64,000 nt of DNA from Planctomycetota bacterium (GTDB lineage Bacteria; Planctomycetota; JAJSAM01; JAJVHW01). The translations under genes were made by a program, and so were the position numbers. How positions within the stretch are numbered: the stretch's first letter is position 1; every line of letters begins with the position of its first letter. The notes beneath the pieces are model-generated. The model was given only the letters and a program-made list of their open reading frames with translations. It did no database searches and was not told the origin of the DNA. Shown here in pieces: positions 20,633 to 29,939 of this stretch. The DNA lies in the NCBI GenBank assembly GCA_965248445.1, contig CBDFJG010000002.1:834528-898527 (forward strand). Reading direction: 5' to 3'.

Positions 20633-20892
20633 TGCAGCGGTAGTGCAGCGGTGGTCGGATTCGCCCGATCCGGAGGCGCGCGGCAGATCGCACGCAGAAA
20701 CCGCAAACCACTGTTCTCGAAGGACTTACGCTGGTCGGGGCGAGAGGATTTGAACCTCCGGCCTCTTGCTCCCGAAGCAACGAGAGATCGTTGTCCAGCA
20801 AGGACTTACGCGTGTCCCTCGCTGCACAAGCCGCACAAGAGGCAGGAGCGGGCGGACGTTGTGCAGCGGTAGTGCAGCGGTAGTGCAGCGGT
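20633..20892. repeat. Arm-type repeats around a tRNA-derived att core
   Basis: (G)TGCAGCGGT(A) twice at 20633-20652 and three times at 20861-20892; AAGGACTTACGC at 20720-20731 and 20800-20811. Confidence 0.85.
20732..20780 (-). pseudogene. 3' half of tRNA-Pro(CGG), integration (att) core; not a complete tRNA
   Basis: Minus strand reads TTGC-TTCGGGA-GCAAGAGGCC-GGAGGTTCAAATCCTC-TCGCCCCGACCA: anticodon arm, T arm, acceptor 3' strand and CCA. The D arm and 5' acceptor strand are absent. Confidence 0.9.
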
Positions 20893-20920
20893 GATCCCTG
20901 GCGGAGATCGTGTCCCGGCC

Positions 20921-21050
20921 AGCGCCGACAACGTTTTCGACTACCTCGCACAGGTCAGCGCCGCCCCCGCGCACAACCGATCGCCGCCCTCGCTCGTCGC
21001 GTTGCCGACGACGCGGTGATCGGCGAGACGGTCAATGGCTGAACATCCAT
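20921..21050 (+). mobile_element. Degenerate 3' end of an IS66 paralogue
   Basis: Translates NVFDYLAQVSAAPAHNRSPPSLVALPTTR* (compare SVFDYLADVSAALAHNRSPPALVALPITR*), followed by a decayed IR (CTGAAC at 21039). Confidence 0.8.
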
Positions 21051-21146
21051 GAGAAGGCCTCTTGTGTCAAGGCGTCGGATCGACTTGGCGATCCGTCCAC
21101 CGCAACCGATGCCGGCTCCCTCTGCACGCATCCATCCGCACTCGTC

Positions 21147-21555
21147 GTAACCGTTCACCCCTTCGTCGCGAGCCAGTATCCAGATCGTTCGGCCACCGGT
21201 CGATCAAGATGTTGTGGGCGAGCGGCAGGACGAGGATCTGCGGGCGATGGTCGAGGACCTTCTGGCCTGGATCGAGGAGCTGGAGCGTCGCGAAGCGAAG
21301 CATCTGCGCCGCATCGACGAGCTCGAGTCGCGTCTGAAGCGTGACTCCCGCAACAGCTCGAGGCCTCCGTCGTCGGACCCGGCGTGGTCCAAGCGCCGTC
21401 GCGGCCGAAGGCCGCGTAGCGGTCGCAAGCAGGGCGGACAGCCGGGCCATGAGGGCACGGCGCGCGAGCTGGTGGATCCGTCCAACGTCGATGAGACCAA
21501 GGACCACCGTCCCGACCGCTGCGACGCGTGCGGACACGACGATCTCGAGCAGGGG
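21147..21555 (+). mobile_element. 5' fragment of a divergent IS66 paralogue
   Basis: IR GTAACCGTTCAC at 21147; ORF from 21214 with RDSRNSSRPPSSD, GGQPGHEG and CDACG, then homology breaks. Confidence 0.82.
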
Positions 21556-21689
21556 GCGAGCGGAGCGAGCCCTCACGAGGCGCAGGGGGCTCCCCCGGCA
21601 ATTTGGTCTCCTTCTTCGTCATCGCTGATTCCTCCACCGCCCTGCACAGTAATCATCCGGGGGGTCGGTGTCTCAGCGATGTTGGCACA
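21556..21689 (-). mobile_element. Possible left-end fragment of a TG-ended IS (IS3/IS481-like)
   Basis: Begins TGTGCCAACATCGCTGAGACA on the minus strand, then GGAGG RBS and MTKKETKLPGEPPAPREGSLRSP; lies between two IS66 pieces. Confidence 0.35.
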
Positions 21690-21693
21690 GAGG

Positions 21694-21800
21694 GCAGGCG
21701 CTCGACCAGATCACGCGGCTCATCGGTGCCCACATCCGATGCATCGACCGAACGGGAAGCGATCTGGATCCGAGCTCAGAACCAAGGGCTGAACGGATAC
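21694..21800 (-). mobile_element. Left-end fragment of the same IS66 as copies 1 and 2
   Basis: Near-identical to 18224-18330 with a few substitutions; IR variant CTGAACGGATAC ends at 21800. Confidence 0.88.
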
Positions 21801-21886
21801 CCTCTGAGTAGTCCGTCGGCGCGGACCCACTCCCGGGGGGGGACGCAGGACACCGCGACCGACGGGCGAAGAGGAAGAAGTCCCCG

Positions 21887-22525
21887 ATGTCGCGTCGTCA
21901 CAGAAAGCGCACCGTCCGCACTCTCCGCACTGGCCGCACAGGCCGCGGATACACCCGGAAGACAGTCAGCCGAGCCAAGAAGGCCGCTGCGGGACTCGCG
22001 GTGGCCTTTGGTCTTCTGTGGATCGCCACGTCAGGGGCAACGGCCCAGGACGCACGCGTCGAGAAGGCCGTGCAGCTGGCCACGCACCAGGGCGGCTACC
22101 ACGTCAAGCTGCGCGCGCTGGCTGAGCTTGCGGAGATCGACACGCGACAGTCACGCGAAGCGATGGTCGCGCTCGCCGACTCCTCTGATGAGCGCACGTC
22201 GATCGTGGCGCTCACCTCCCTCGCCCGCGCGGACTTCCCCGCAGCGCGGACCCACCTGCGCGAGGTCTTCGAGGACCGCCGCCGCAGCAAGGGCATTCGC
22301 TCGGCCGCCCTGGGCGGGCTCCTCAAGCAACTCCGCGAGAGCGGAGAGGACCACGAGACGGTGGCGGCCTATGTAGCGCTCAAGGCCGGCGACTCAGAAG
22401 CCCTCACAGGCATGGCCTCGGCCGTCAGCGCGCGGCTCTGGGAGGAGGTTGCCCAAGACCCCGAAGTAGCTGACCCCGCCGAGCCCACGACCGACGACGC
22501 CGGCGCCGCGAAGGAAGGGGAGTAG
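21887..22525 (+). CDS. Exported alpha-helical (HEAT-repeat-like) protein upstream of the RHS gene
   Basis: Basic N-region, hydrophobic segment and ATA-Q cleavage; helical repeats (KLRALAELAEI, IVALTSLAR, IRSAALGGL). Confidence 0.7.
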   Translation: MSRRHRKRTVRTLRTGRTGRGYTRKTVSRAKKAAAGLAVAFGLLWIATSGATAQDARVEKAVQLATHQGGYHVKLRALAELAEIDTRQSREAMVALADSSDERTSIVALTSLARADFPAARTHLREVFEDRRRSKGIRSAALGGLLKQLRESGEDHETVAAYVALKAGDSEALTGMASAVSARLWEEVAQDPEVADPAEPTTDDAGAAKEGE

Positions 22526-22553
22526 CCTGACCAACGCGAGCAACACCGCCAAG

Positions 22554-25500
22554 TTGACCTCCCTGCTGGCCACTGCGCTGCTCCTCTTCCTCGCGCCGCT
22601 GGCCATGGCGACGGACACCGACGGCGACGGTCTGTCGGACATGTTCGAGGGCATGATCGGGACGAACCCCGACCAGGCCGACACCGACGGCGACAACCTC
22701 GACGACTACGAGGAGGTCTACGAGATCGGCACCGACCCGAACCTCACCGACTCCGACGGGGACGCGACGCAGGACGACGCGGACAGCGAGCCGTTGCTGC
22801 TCTCGTCCGGTGACCACGACGGCGTGAGCACCGTGATGTTCAACACGCCCGACATGGGCAACAACGAAGCCCCCTCAGGCGAGAGCCCGCAAGACGGCTT
22901 CGGGGTCCTGATGCACAACGGCGAGCTGATTTTCTCGTCGGGTGCCGGCGGTGCCAAGGGCGTCGGCATGCCGTTCGGTATGTCGATGATCTACCGCTCG
23001 CAGTCCGACTACGACGGCGCGCTCGGCATGAACTGGTTCTGGATCGGCTTCCTGTCGTTCACCGACAACGGGACCACCGGCTCGATGAACTGGATCAACG
23101 GCACGACACTCACGTTCACCGAATCAGGAGGCACCTGGACGCACGACGACGACGGCTGGCTCGGCACTCTGGAGGAGACGTCTCCGGACTCGGGCGACTT
23201 CACGTACACGCTTCCGAACGGCCTCGAGTTCCTGTTCACGATCGCCGGCAAGATCGACACGATCACCGATCGCTTCGGCAACGCCCTCGCGTTCACGCAC
23301 AACGGATCGGGGCAGCTCACGTCGGCCACCGACACGCGTGGTGAGTCGCACACGATCGCCTACTACTCCACCGGCCGCATCAAGTCGATCACCTACTCGG
23401 ACAAACGCAAGTGGACGTTCATCTACAACGTCAACGCACAGCTTGCCCGCATCGAGGGACCGACGACCGCGAGCTTCCCGAACGGGATCACCCAGGAGTT
23501 CCGCTACATCAACGGCTCGGCGATCTCGTCGCTCAACGATAATCTGACGGTCGCCATCGACGGCCGCGGCAACCACTGGCTGCACAACGAGTACGACACG
23601 TCGGACCGGGTAACGAAGCAGACTACGAACGGCTTCGCGTTCGAGCTCGACTACACGAACATCGGGTCGCAGAAGACGTCCGTTACCGACCGTGCCGGCA
23701 ACGACCGTGACTGGGAGTGGGATGCGAGCAAGCTCACTAGGACCAAGCTCACGCAGTTCAGCAACCGCGACGTCCGCACGGGCGACCCCACGAGCTGGAT
23801 CACCGAATGGACACACGACGCTGACGGATACCTGATCGAGGTCGAACTCCCGCGCGGCAACGGCACCGAGTACACGCTCAACTCGGTCAAACTCCCGACG
23901 GAGATCCGCCGCAAGACCGACGTGGATGCCGCCAACCACACCTCCGACCTGGTGACGACGATCGCATACGACTCGGCGAAGTACTACGGCAAGACGTCCG
24001 TCACAGATCCGCGCGGCAACGAGACCGAGTACATCCTGAACTCAAATGGTCAGCCGACGACGATCGAATTCCCCGACTCGACCCACATCTCCCCGTCCCA
24101 GTCGATCAGCCACACCTTGACCTACAACTCGGACGGCACGCTGGCCAGCCGGACCGACGGCGAGAGCAAGAAGACGAGCTACGTCTACTACACGAAGCCG
24201 GCCGCCAAGAAGGGCCGTGTCAACACTGTCGAGGTCGACGACGCCGTCGGGGGCCTCAATCTGGTCACGACGTACGACTACACCGATTGGGGCGACGTCA
24301 AGGAGGTCACCGACCCCGAGGGCCACAAGACGACGTACACCGTCGAGGCCTACGGCAACGTCACCAAGATCACCTACCCCGCGTCGCTCGGCTACATCAC
24401 GGAGTTCCAGCACGACGGCAACCTCAACGTCACCAAGAAGAAGGTCAAGAACATCGACGAGACCGGGACGTGGCAGAGCACGCCGAAGTCGTGGTGGGAG
24501 ACCGACAACACGTACACCGAGATGGACAAGATCTCGACGGTCAACGAGGACATCGACGCGATGAACACGCGCGAGACGGTCTTCCTCTACGACGAGAACG
24601 ACAACCTCGAGAGCGTCGAGGTCGGCTCCATCATCGTGACGTCCTACTACGACGAGCGCGACCTGCTCTTCCAGCGGATCGGCAACGAGGGCACCGGCAC
24701 GGCGATCAACGCGGTGCACGAGTACACCTACGACGCCAACGGCAACCTCACGGACTACGAGGACCCGCGCAGCAAGGTCACGAACCACGAGTACGACCTG
24801 TTCGACCGCCGGGAGAAGACGATCAACGCGCTCGATCACTACGTGACGACGAGCTTCGACGAGGGTGGGAACGCCGTCGAGCGCAAGTGGTACGAGGAGG
24901 CCGGCACGACGGACACGCTGATGGCGCACGAGAAGCGCACGTACGATGAGCTGAACCGCTTCTACAAGGAAGAGGCGGCGCTGATCGACACCACGACGAC
25001 GTGGAAGACGCGCACGCTCGAGCTCGACAAGCGCGGGCTCGTGACGAAGCGGACCGACCGTCGGAACAACGCGACGACGTTCCTCTACGACGGCGCCGGG
25101 CGCCGAATCAAGTCCACCGACGCCGAGGGCAATGAAGTCGAATCGGAGATTGACGACAACGGCAACGTCACAAAGATCACGGAGAAGGAGACCATCCCCG
25201 GCTCCGGCACGGAGTCGTTTGTGACGGAGTTCACCTACGACAAGGTCAACCGCCGCACGAAGCAGACGGTCATCGACCGCAACCTCTCCACCAACAAGAA
25301 GATCACGGAGTGGAAGTGGAACAGCCGCAACGTGGTCGCCGAGACCGTCGATCCGATGACGTGGAAGACGACCTTCGTGCACGACGGCTTGGGCCGCGTG
25401 ACCAAGGAGACCCGCGACATGGCGGGATCCGACGACATCGTCACGGAGTGGACGATCGACGAGAACAGCAACATCACCCAGCTGAAGGACGACAATCTCA

Positions 25501-27638
25501 ACACGACGGACTACGCCTACGACGCGCTCGGTCGCCTGACCACCAAGACGTACGACGACGCGGAGACCGCGACGTACGCGTACGACGACACGAACAATCT
25601 GATCGACTTCACGGACCAGAACGGCACGCAGGTCGACTACGCGTACGACGATCTCAATCGTCTCACCGATCGAGATGCCACGCTCGGCACCGGTGTTGGC
25701 GGGGACGATACGGAGGACTTCGCGTACGACGCGCTGAACCGCCTCACCGAGGCGAAGGACGACGATTCGATCGTCCAGTACACGTACGACTCACTCGGTC
25801 GTGTGCTGACCGAGAAGCAGGGACCGAACCCGCTCGGAACCGCCGGGATGACGGTGACGTTCACGTACGATGACGGAGGCAATGCGACGAAGATTGCCTA
25901 CCCCTCCGGATTCGAGGCGCGGCGGACGTTCGACGAGATCGGCCGCGTCACCGCTATCGACGACAAGTCGGATGCGGACGTTGCGGACTTCGATCTCTAC
26001 GGGGCCGGTTCGCGGCGCAAGCAGGTGAGCTTTGCCAACGGGACCACGTCGACCTACACCTACGACGGGTTCCGCCGCCCGACCGACATCGCGCACGAGG
26101 ACTCGGGGAGCACGGAGTTCGCCGGCTTCGAGTACGGGTGGGACAAGAACGACAACCCGACCTACGAGGAGCGCAGTCACCAGTCGGACAAGGGCGATGC
26201 CTACGACTACGACCAGGCCAACCGCCTGATCGAAGTGCTCCAGGACGCGGATGATCCGACCAACGTGACCACGTATGGCGACAAGGTCGAGTACAATCTC
26301 GACGACGTGCTGAACTTCAGCTCGGTCGTGACGACGCCGTACGGCCAGAGCGGTTCGACGGTCAACTACACGTCGAACGGGATGAACGAGTACACCGACA
26401 TCGGCGGCACGACACGGACGTTCGACGACAACGGGAACCTCGCCGACGACGGGACGTACGAGTACACGTACGACTGGCACAACCACCTGATCAAGGTGGA
26501 GGACTCGGGGACCACCGACGTGGTTGCGGAGTACGACTACGACTGCGTGGGGCGCGGCCGGCGGATCGAGAAGGTCGTCGGGTCGGACACGACGCGGTTC
26601 GTGTACGCGGACCAGCAGTGCCTCGAGGAACTCGACGGGTCGGATAACCTGTTGCGGCTGTTCGTGTTCGGTGAGGCGCTCGACGAGATCGTGATGATGG
26701 AGGCCGAGGACGTTGCGGATGTCGACAGTGACTCGAACACCACGGAGCTGAAGCGGTTCTACTACCACCAGCAGTTGATCGGGTCCGTCACGCACATCAC
26801 GGATCCAGACGAGGTGGTGGTCGAAAGCTACGACTACGGGCCGTACGGGGAGTTCGTGATCTTCGACATCGGGAGCTCGGTGGTGTCCAACTCTCAGATC
26901 GGCAATCCGTTCCTGTACACGGGGCGGCGGTTGGATGAAGAGACGGGGCTCTTCTACTACCGGGCTCGGCACTACGACGCGGGAAACGGGAGATTCCTCC
27001 AGCGGGATCCACTCGAACACGTCGATGGCCCGAACGCGCGAGCGTACGTCGCAGGACGCCCCACCGGGTCCATCGATCCTTCCGGGCTAGAGGAAAGGGA
27101 CCCAGGGGGGGCGATCGGAGAGTTGTCGGAGGAGCAGATGAACTTGGTGTTGCATGCGCTGGTTGACATCGAGTATGAAACCGCCGACCAGGGCGGGAAG
27201 GGCGATGTGACCAGGGCCTTCCCGGGCCTAAGTAAGAAGTACGGCGGATCGGCATACGGATGGCTGAAACTAGCGATCTTCGGCAACGTGATGGGCGCGA
27301 TGAGCGATCGCCTCTGGGAATTGGCCAAGTTCATCGCCACCTCAGGAGCGAGTGTCTCGAGGGCAATCGCGCATTTGCGTAAGCAGATTATGAACGAACT
27401 GAAGAACATCCTTGAGGCGAAGGAGGCCATGGACGAGGCGGACGACGACGACGACCTGACCGACGAAGAGAAGGCGGCGAAGAAGAAGAAGCAGGCGAGG
27501 TACATCGCGAAATCGATCATCCGGATCAAGACTAAGCGGCGAGAGATGGCCGAGAAGAAGGCGGCAGAGGAGAAGAAGGAGAAGGAGAAGGAGAGGAAGG
27601 AGAAGGAGAAGGAGCGAGATAAGGAGAGGCAATACTAA
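22554..27638 (+). CDS. RHS/YD-repeat protein with Sec-type signal peptide, N-terminal DxDGDG (thrombospondin type-3-like) repeats and a variable C-terminal domain
   Basis: LLATALLLFLAPLAMA signal; DTDGDGLSD..GTNP..DTDGD repeats; many YD repeats; core NPFLYTGRRLDEETGLFYYRARHYD..GRFLQRDP; PTGSIDPSGL cleavage motif at ~27057-27089. An in-frame CTG at 22527 is an alternative start. Confidence 0.92.
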   Translation: MTSLLATALLLFLAPLAMATDTDGDGLSDMFEGMIGTNPDQADTDGDNLDDYEEVYEIGTDPNLTDSDGDATQDDADSEPLLLSSGDHDGVSTVMFNTPDMGNNEAPSGESPQDGFGVLMHNGELIFSSGAGGAKGVGMPFGMSMIYRSQSDYDGALGMNWFWIGFLSFTDNGTTGSMNWINGTTLTFTESGGTWTHDDDGWLGTLEETSPDSGDFTYTLPNGLEFLFTIAGKIDTITDRFGNALAFTHNGSGQLTSATDTRGESHTIAYYSTGRIKSITYSDKRKWTFIYNVNAQLARIEGPTTASFPNGITQEFRYINGSAISSLNDNLTVAIDGRGNHWLHNEYDTSDRVTKQTTNGFAFELDYTNIGSQKTSVTDRAGNDRDWEWDASKLTRTKLTQFSNRDVRTGDPTSWITEWTHDADGYLIEVELPRGNGTEYTLNSVKLPTEIRRKTDVDAANHTSDLVTTIAYDSAKYYGKTSVTDPRGNETEYILNSNGQPTTIEFPDSTHISPSQSISHTLTYNSDGTLASRTDGESKKTSYVYYTKPAAKKGRVNTVEVDDAVGGLNLVTTYDYTDWGDVKEVTDPEGHKTTYTVEAYGNVTKITYPASLGYITEFQHDGNLNVTKKKVKNIDETGTWQSTPKSWWETDNTYTEMDKISTVNEDIDAMNTRETVFLYDENDNLESVEVGSIIVTSYYDERDLLFQRIGNEGTGTAINAVHEYTYDANGNLTDYEDPRSKVTNHEYDLFDRREKTINALDHYVTTSFDEGGNAVERKWYEEAGTTDTLMAHEKRTYDELNRFYKEEAALIDTTTTWKTRTLELDKRGLVTKRTDRRNNATTFLYDGAGRRIKSTDAEGNEVESEIDDNGNVTKITEKETIPGSGTESFVTEFTYDKVNRRTKQTVIDRNLSTNKKITEWKWNSRNVVAETVDPMTWKTTFVHDGLGRVTKETRDMAGSDDIVTEWTIDENSNITQLKDDNLNTTDYAYDALGRLTTKTYDDAETATYAYDDTNNLIDFTDQNGTQVDYAYDDLNRLTDRDATLGTGVGGDDTEDFAYDALNRLTEAKDDDSIVQYTYDSLGRVLTEKQGPNPLGTAGMTVTFTYDDGGNATKIAYPSGFEARRTFDEIGRVTAIDDKSDADVADFDLYGAGSRRKQVSFANGTTSTYTYDGFRRPTDIAHEDSGSTEFAGFEYGWDKNDNPTYEERSHQSDKGDAYDYDQANRLIEVLQDADDPTNVTTYGDKVEYNLDDVLNFSSVVTTPYGQSGSTVNYTSNGMNEYTDIGGTTRTFDDNGNLADDGTYEYTYDWHNHLIKVEDSGTTDVVAEYDYDCVGRGRRIEKVVGSDTTRFVYADQQCLEELDGSDNLLRLFVFGEALDEIVMMEAEDVADVDSDSNTTELKRFYYHQQLIGSVTHITDPDEVVVESYDYGPYGEFVIFDIGSSVVSNSQIGNPFLYTGRRLDEETGLFYYRARHYDAGNGRFLQRDPLEHVDGPNARAYVAGRPTGSIDPSGLEERDPGGAIGELSEEQMNLVLHALVDIEYETADQGGKGDVTRAFPGLSKKYGGSAYGWLKLAIFGNVMGAMSDRLWELAKFIATSGASVSRAIAHLRKQIMNELKNILEAKEAMDEADDDDDLTDEEKAAKKKKQARYIAKSIIRIKTKRREMAEKKAAEEKKEKEKERKEKEKERDKERQY

Positions 27639-27640
27639 AG

Positions 27641-29575
27641 GTGCGGTCCAGGACGGTTGTCGTCGTCGTCATCGCGCTAACCATCGCGCTGATCGCGGCG
27701 TGGGCGGTGGACGGCGCGCAGCCGGATCGCCCGAATCCGCCAGCAATCGGTAACGGGCGCGACTCGTCCGAGCGCGCGCCCACAACGAAAAACGAGAGGA
27801 TCCATCCCAACGTTTACCCCGGCCGCCAAGCGTTAGGGGAGGATGGAGCCACTGCGCTGGTCGGCAGACTGCTGGAAGATCGCGAAGATTTCCCAGGTCC
27901 GTCGTGGGATCCAGCCTGGATTGTATTCCGGGCGATCGATGGAGAGAGAATTCTGTGGCACATTGTGCCGGCTGGTCTCGATCCCGAGAGAATTGACGTA
28001 GTGCTACCGAATGCTGGCAAGCGCGAATGGGGCGCGTTCTCAGTCATCCGGCGGAACGGTTCGTCCGAAGAGCCATCGCACTCCGATGTGGACCTGGGCG
28101 ACGGGACGTTCGAGGTGGTCCTCGGTGTCCTTTGGAGCGGGCGGCTCGGGATAGAGCCGAGCCCAGGACTCGAAGCGGTCTCCGTCGACAAGTCGAACGT
28201 TCGCGGCGTCCCGCCAGGTGGACCCGTCGTCCTACCATCGTGGCTTGATGACGATCTTGACCCGCAACCCCTCGAACTCTTGCCACCGGCGGGCCCTGAC
28301 GGTAGCGCGCGGTTTGATGGTCCGGTGGACCCCGACGACCGGGTCGTCTGCGTGCGAGAGGCGGGGAGCGCGTGGGTCGTGTCGCCGGTTGCGTCGCGCG
28401 AGATCGTTACGCCTCCGGTTGCCGGTCGCCTCAACCTGCGTGTCAGTCGCTGGAGTGAACTGCAGCGCCCGGACCTCGTCCTGCGGTCGTCCCGCTACGG
28501 CGTCGCCCAAGTGATCAGTCCTTGGGAGGGCGGGGATTTCGAGCTGAACGGCTTGGCTGTCGGGACTTGGGATGTGCTGGTGCGAGAGAATTTCATTCGT
28601 GATGGGAGGTTGGAACAGCCGACCTGGGCCGAGGCGCGCGTCGTCGTTGACGACACGGAGGCGACTGAGTGCGTCATCGACGGCCCACCACGTTCGGATG
28701 AGGACGATCGTGGCTACTTGTGCGAGGGCTTGATCCGTGTGGACTCAAGGTGGGGTGAGGTGAAGAAGCCGCGTTTGAATCTGTTCTACGACGACCCGGG
28801 TTCGCGCGCCTACGGCAGTCCGTCATCCAGCTCCCTCGCGCTCAAGCCTGACATCACTGGCACCGGATTGGTCGCTGAGTTCTCGATCCGGGGTCTCCGT
28901 GCCGGTCGGTACTTTGCACGAGTTCAACCTTACGGATGGTCTGGGATACTGCATGCGCCAAGTCGAGACCTGGTGATCGTGCTCGGCCCGCCGCGAACTG
29001 TCGAGATCGTGCTTCGGTGGCCAAACGCAAGCGATCAGAAGGAGTTCCGAGGGTTCGTCACGGCCTACGCGCTGCGAGCGAGCAAAGCCGACGACGGACT
29101 CCCAGTGCATTCGACGCAGAGGGAATTAGAGGCGATAGAGGCCGGGAAGCGGTATTCGATCCGAACCTGCGCGGACCGACTTCACGTGGATGTGGACGAT
29201 CTAAGTGAGAAGAGCGAGTTGGTGAAGGCCAGCGTGGACGTTGACCTCCCGCCTGGAGGCGATCCGTTGGTCGTTGAGATCCCCATGACGCGCGGAGGTA
29301 CGGTAACGGCGCAGGCGCGACTGGACGGGACCCCGCTCGACAGCGGATGGTCGGCTCCATTCCGCTTCAGATTCACGTCTGGTGATCACCCCGATAGTAG
29401 CTACGAGATCGCTCCGGGGGTTGCGTGGGTGCTTCCGGAGGGCGCGTGGAAATTGGAGTTTGTCGGCGAGCTTGGTGCGAATTGGTCAGTGACCGGCGCC
29501 CAGTCCGTGAATGTGCGTTCGGGGGAGCGCTCGACCGTCACGTTCGACATCTCGCCTCGCGAAGAACCGCGATGA
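27641..29575 (+). CDS. Membrane-anchored/exported beta-rich protein downstream of RHS (degenerate carboxypeptidase-regulatory-like units)
   Basis: Starts 2 bp after the RHS stop; N-terminal TM helix; FELNGLAVGTWDVLV and FSIRGLRAGRYFARV units; visibly lower GC than neighbours. Confidence 0.72.
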   Translation: MRSRTVVVVVIALTIALIAAWAVDGAQPDRPNPPAIGNGRDSSERAPTTKNERIHPNVYPGRQALGEDGATALVGRLLEDREDFPGPSWDPAWIVFRAIDGERILWHIVPAGLDPERIDVVLPNAGKREWGAFSVIRRNGSSEEPSHSDVDLGDGTFEVVLGVLWSGRLGIEPSPGLEAVSVDKSNVRGVPPGGPVVLPSWLDDDLDPQPLELLPPAGPDGSARFDGPVDPDDRVVCVREAGSAWVVSPVASREIVTPPVAGRLNLRVSRWSELQRPDLVLRSSRYGVAQVISPWEGGDFELNGLAVGTWDVLVRENFIRDGRLEQPTWAEARVVVDDTEATECVIDGPPRSDEDDRGYLCEGLIRVDSRWGEVKKPRLNLFYDDPGSRAYGSPSSSSLALKPDITGTGLVAEFSIRGLRAGRYFARVQPYGWSGILHAPSRDLVIVLGPPRTVEIVLRWPNASDQKEFRGFVTAYALRASKADDGLPVHSTQRELEAIEAGKRYSIRTCADRLHVDVDDLSEKSELVKASVDVDLPPGGDPLVVEIPMTRGGTVTAQARLDGTPLDSGWSAPFRFRFTSGDHPDSSYEIAPGVAWVLPEGAWKLEFVGELGANWSVTGAQSVNVRSGERSTVTFDISPREEPR

Positions 29576-29608
29576 GGCCCCAGGCTGCCAAAGCAGCCCT
29601 TTCGCCAG

Positions 29609-29783
29609 GTACCCGTTCAGGTCTTGAGTCCGCCCGCCCTCAGCGCGCCGTCGGCAGCGCGACGAGAGCCGGGGGCGAGCGGTTGTGCGCGAGCGCCGCG
29701 CTGACGTCTGCGAGGTAGTCAAAGACGTTCTCGCCGCGGCGCCGGATGGTCGCGGTCACCGTCAGGATGCGCTCGACGAAGCG
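29609..29783 (-). mobile_element. 3' end fragment of an IS66 paralogue with intact IR
   Basis: GTACCCGTTCAG at 29609; encodes RFVERILTVTATIRRRGENVFDYLADVSAALAHNRSPPALVALPTAR*. Confidence 0.88.
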
Positions 29784-29890
29784 CTCTGGCGCGTCCTTTG
29801 GCCGCCAGAAGTTCGCCTCGTCGATGTCCAGACGCGAGGAGAGGTGCTCGTACCACCCCTTGTCCGTGACCCCGACGTAGCCCCACCGGA
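29784..29890 (-). pseudogene. N-terminal remnant of a putative HNH restriction-type endonuclease, fused to the IS66 fragment
   Basis: GYVGVTDKGWYEHLSSRLDIDEANFWRP resembles the N-terminus I recall for that family (VGVTDxxW...DEVNFWxP); the HNH domain itself is absent. Confidence 0.55.
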
Positions 29891-29939
29891 CGCGATGCCG
29901 ATCCGATGGGCACAGTGTCACGCCGCGCACGGCCGGCGT

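Noticed and set aside
20540..20643. 3' remnant of an integrase ending ..GRVVDLQR* beside the arm repeats
   Set aside because: Plausible by position, but no catalytic motif supports it.
20732..20810. Complete tRNA-Pro gene
   Set aside because: The 5' acceptor strand and D arm are missing.
20633..20892. Tandem 11-bp repeats as a CRISPR array
   Set aside because: The repeats are too short, are adjacent with no spacers, and no cas genes are present; arm-type sites fit better.
27540..27635. Purine-rich GAGAAG tract as a DNA-level repeat element
   Set aside because: Explained by the Glu/Lys codons of the RHS tail.
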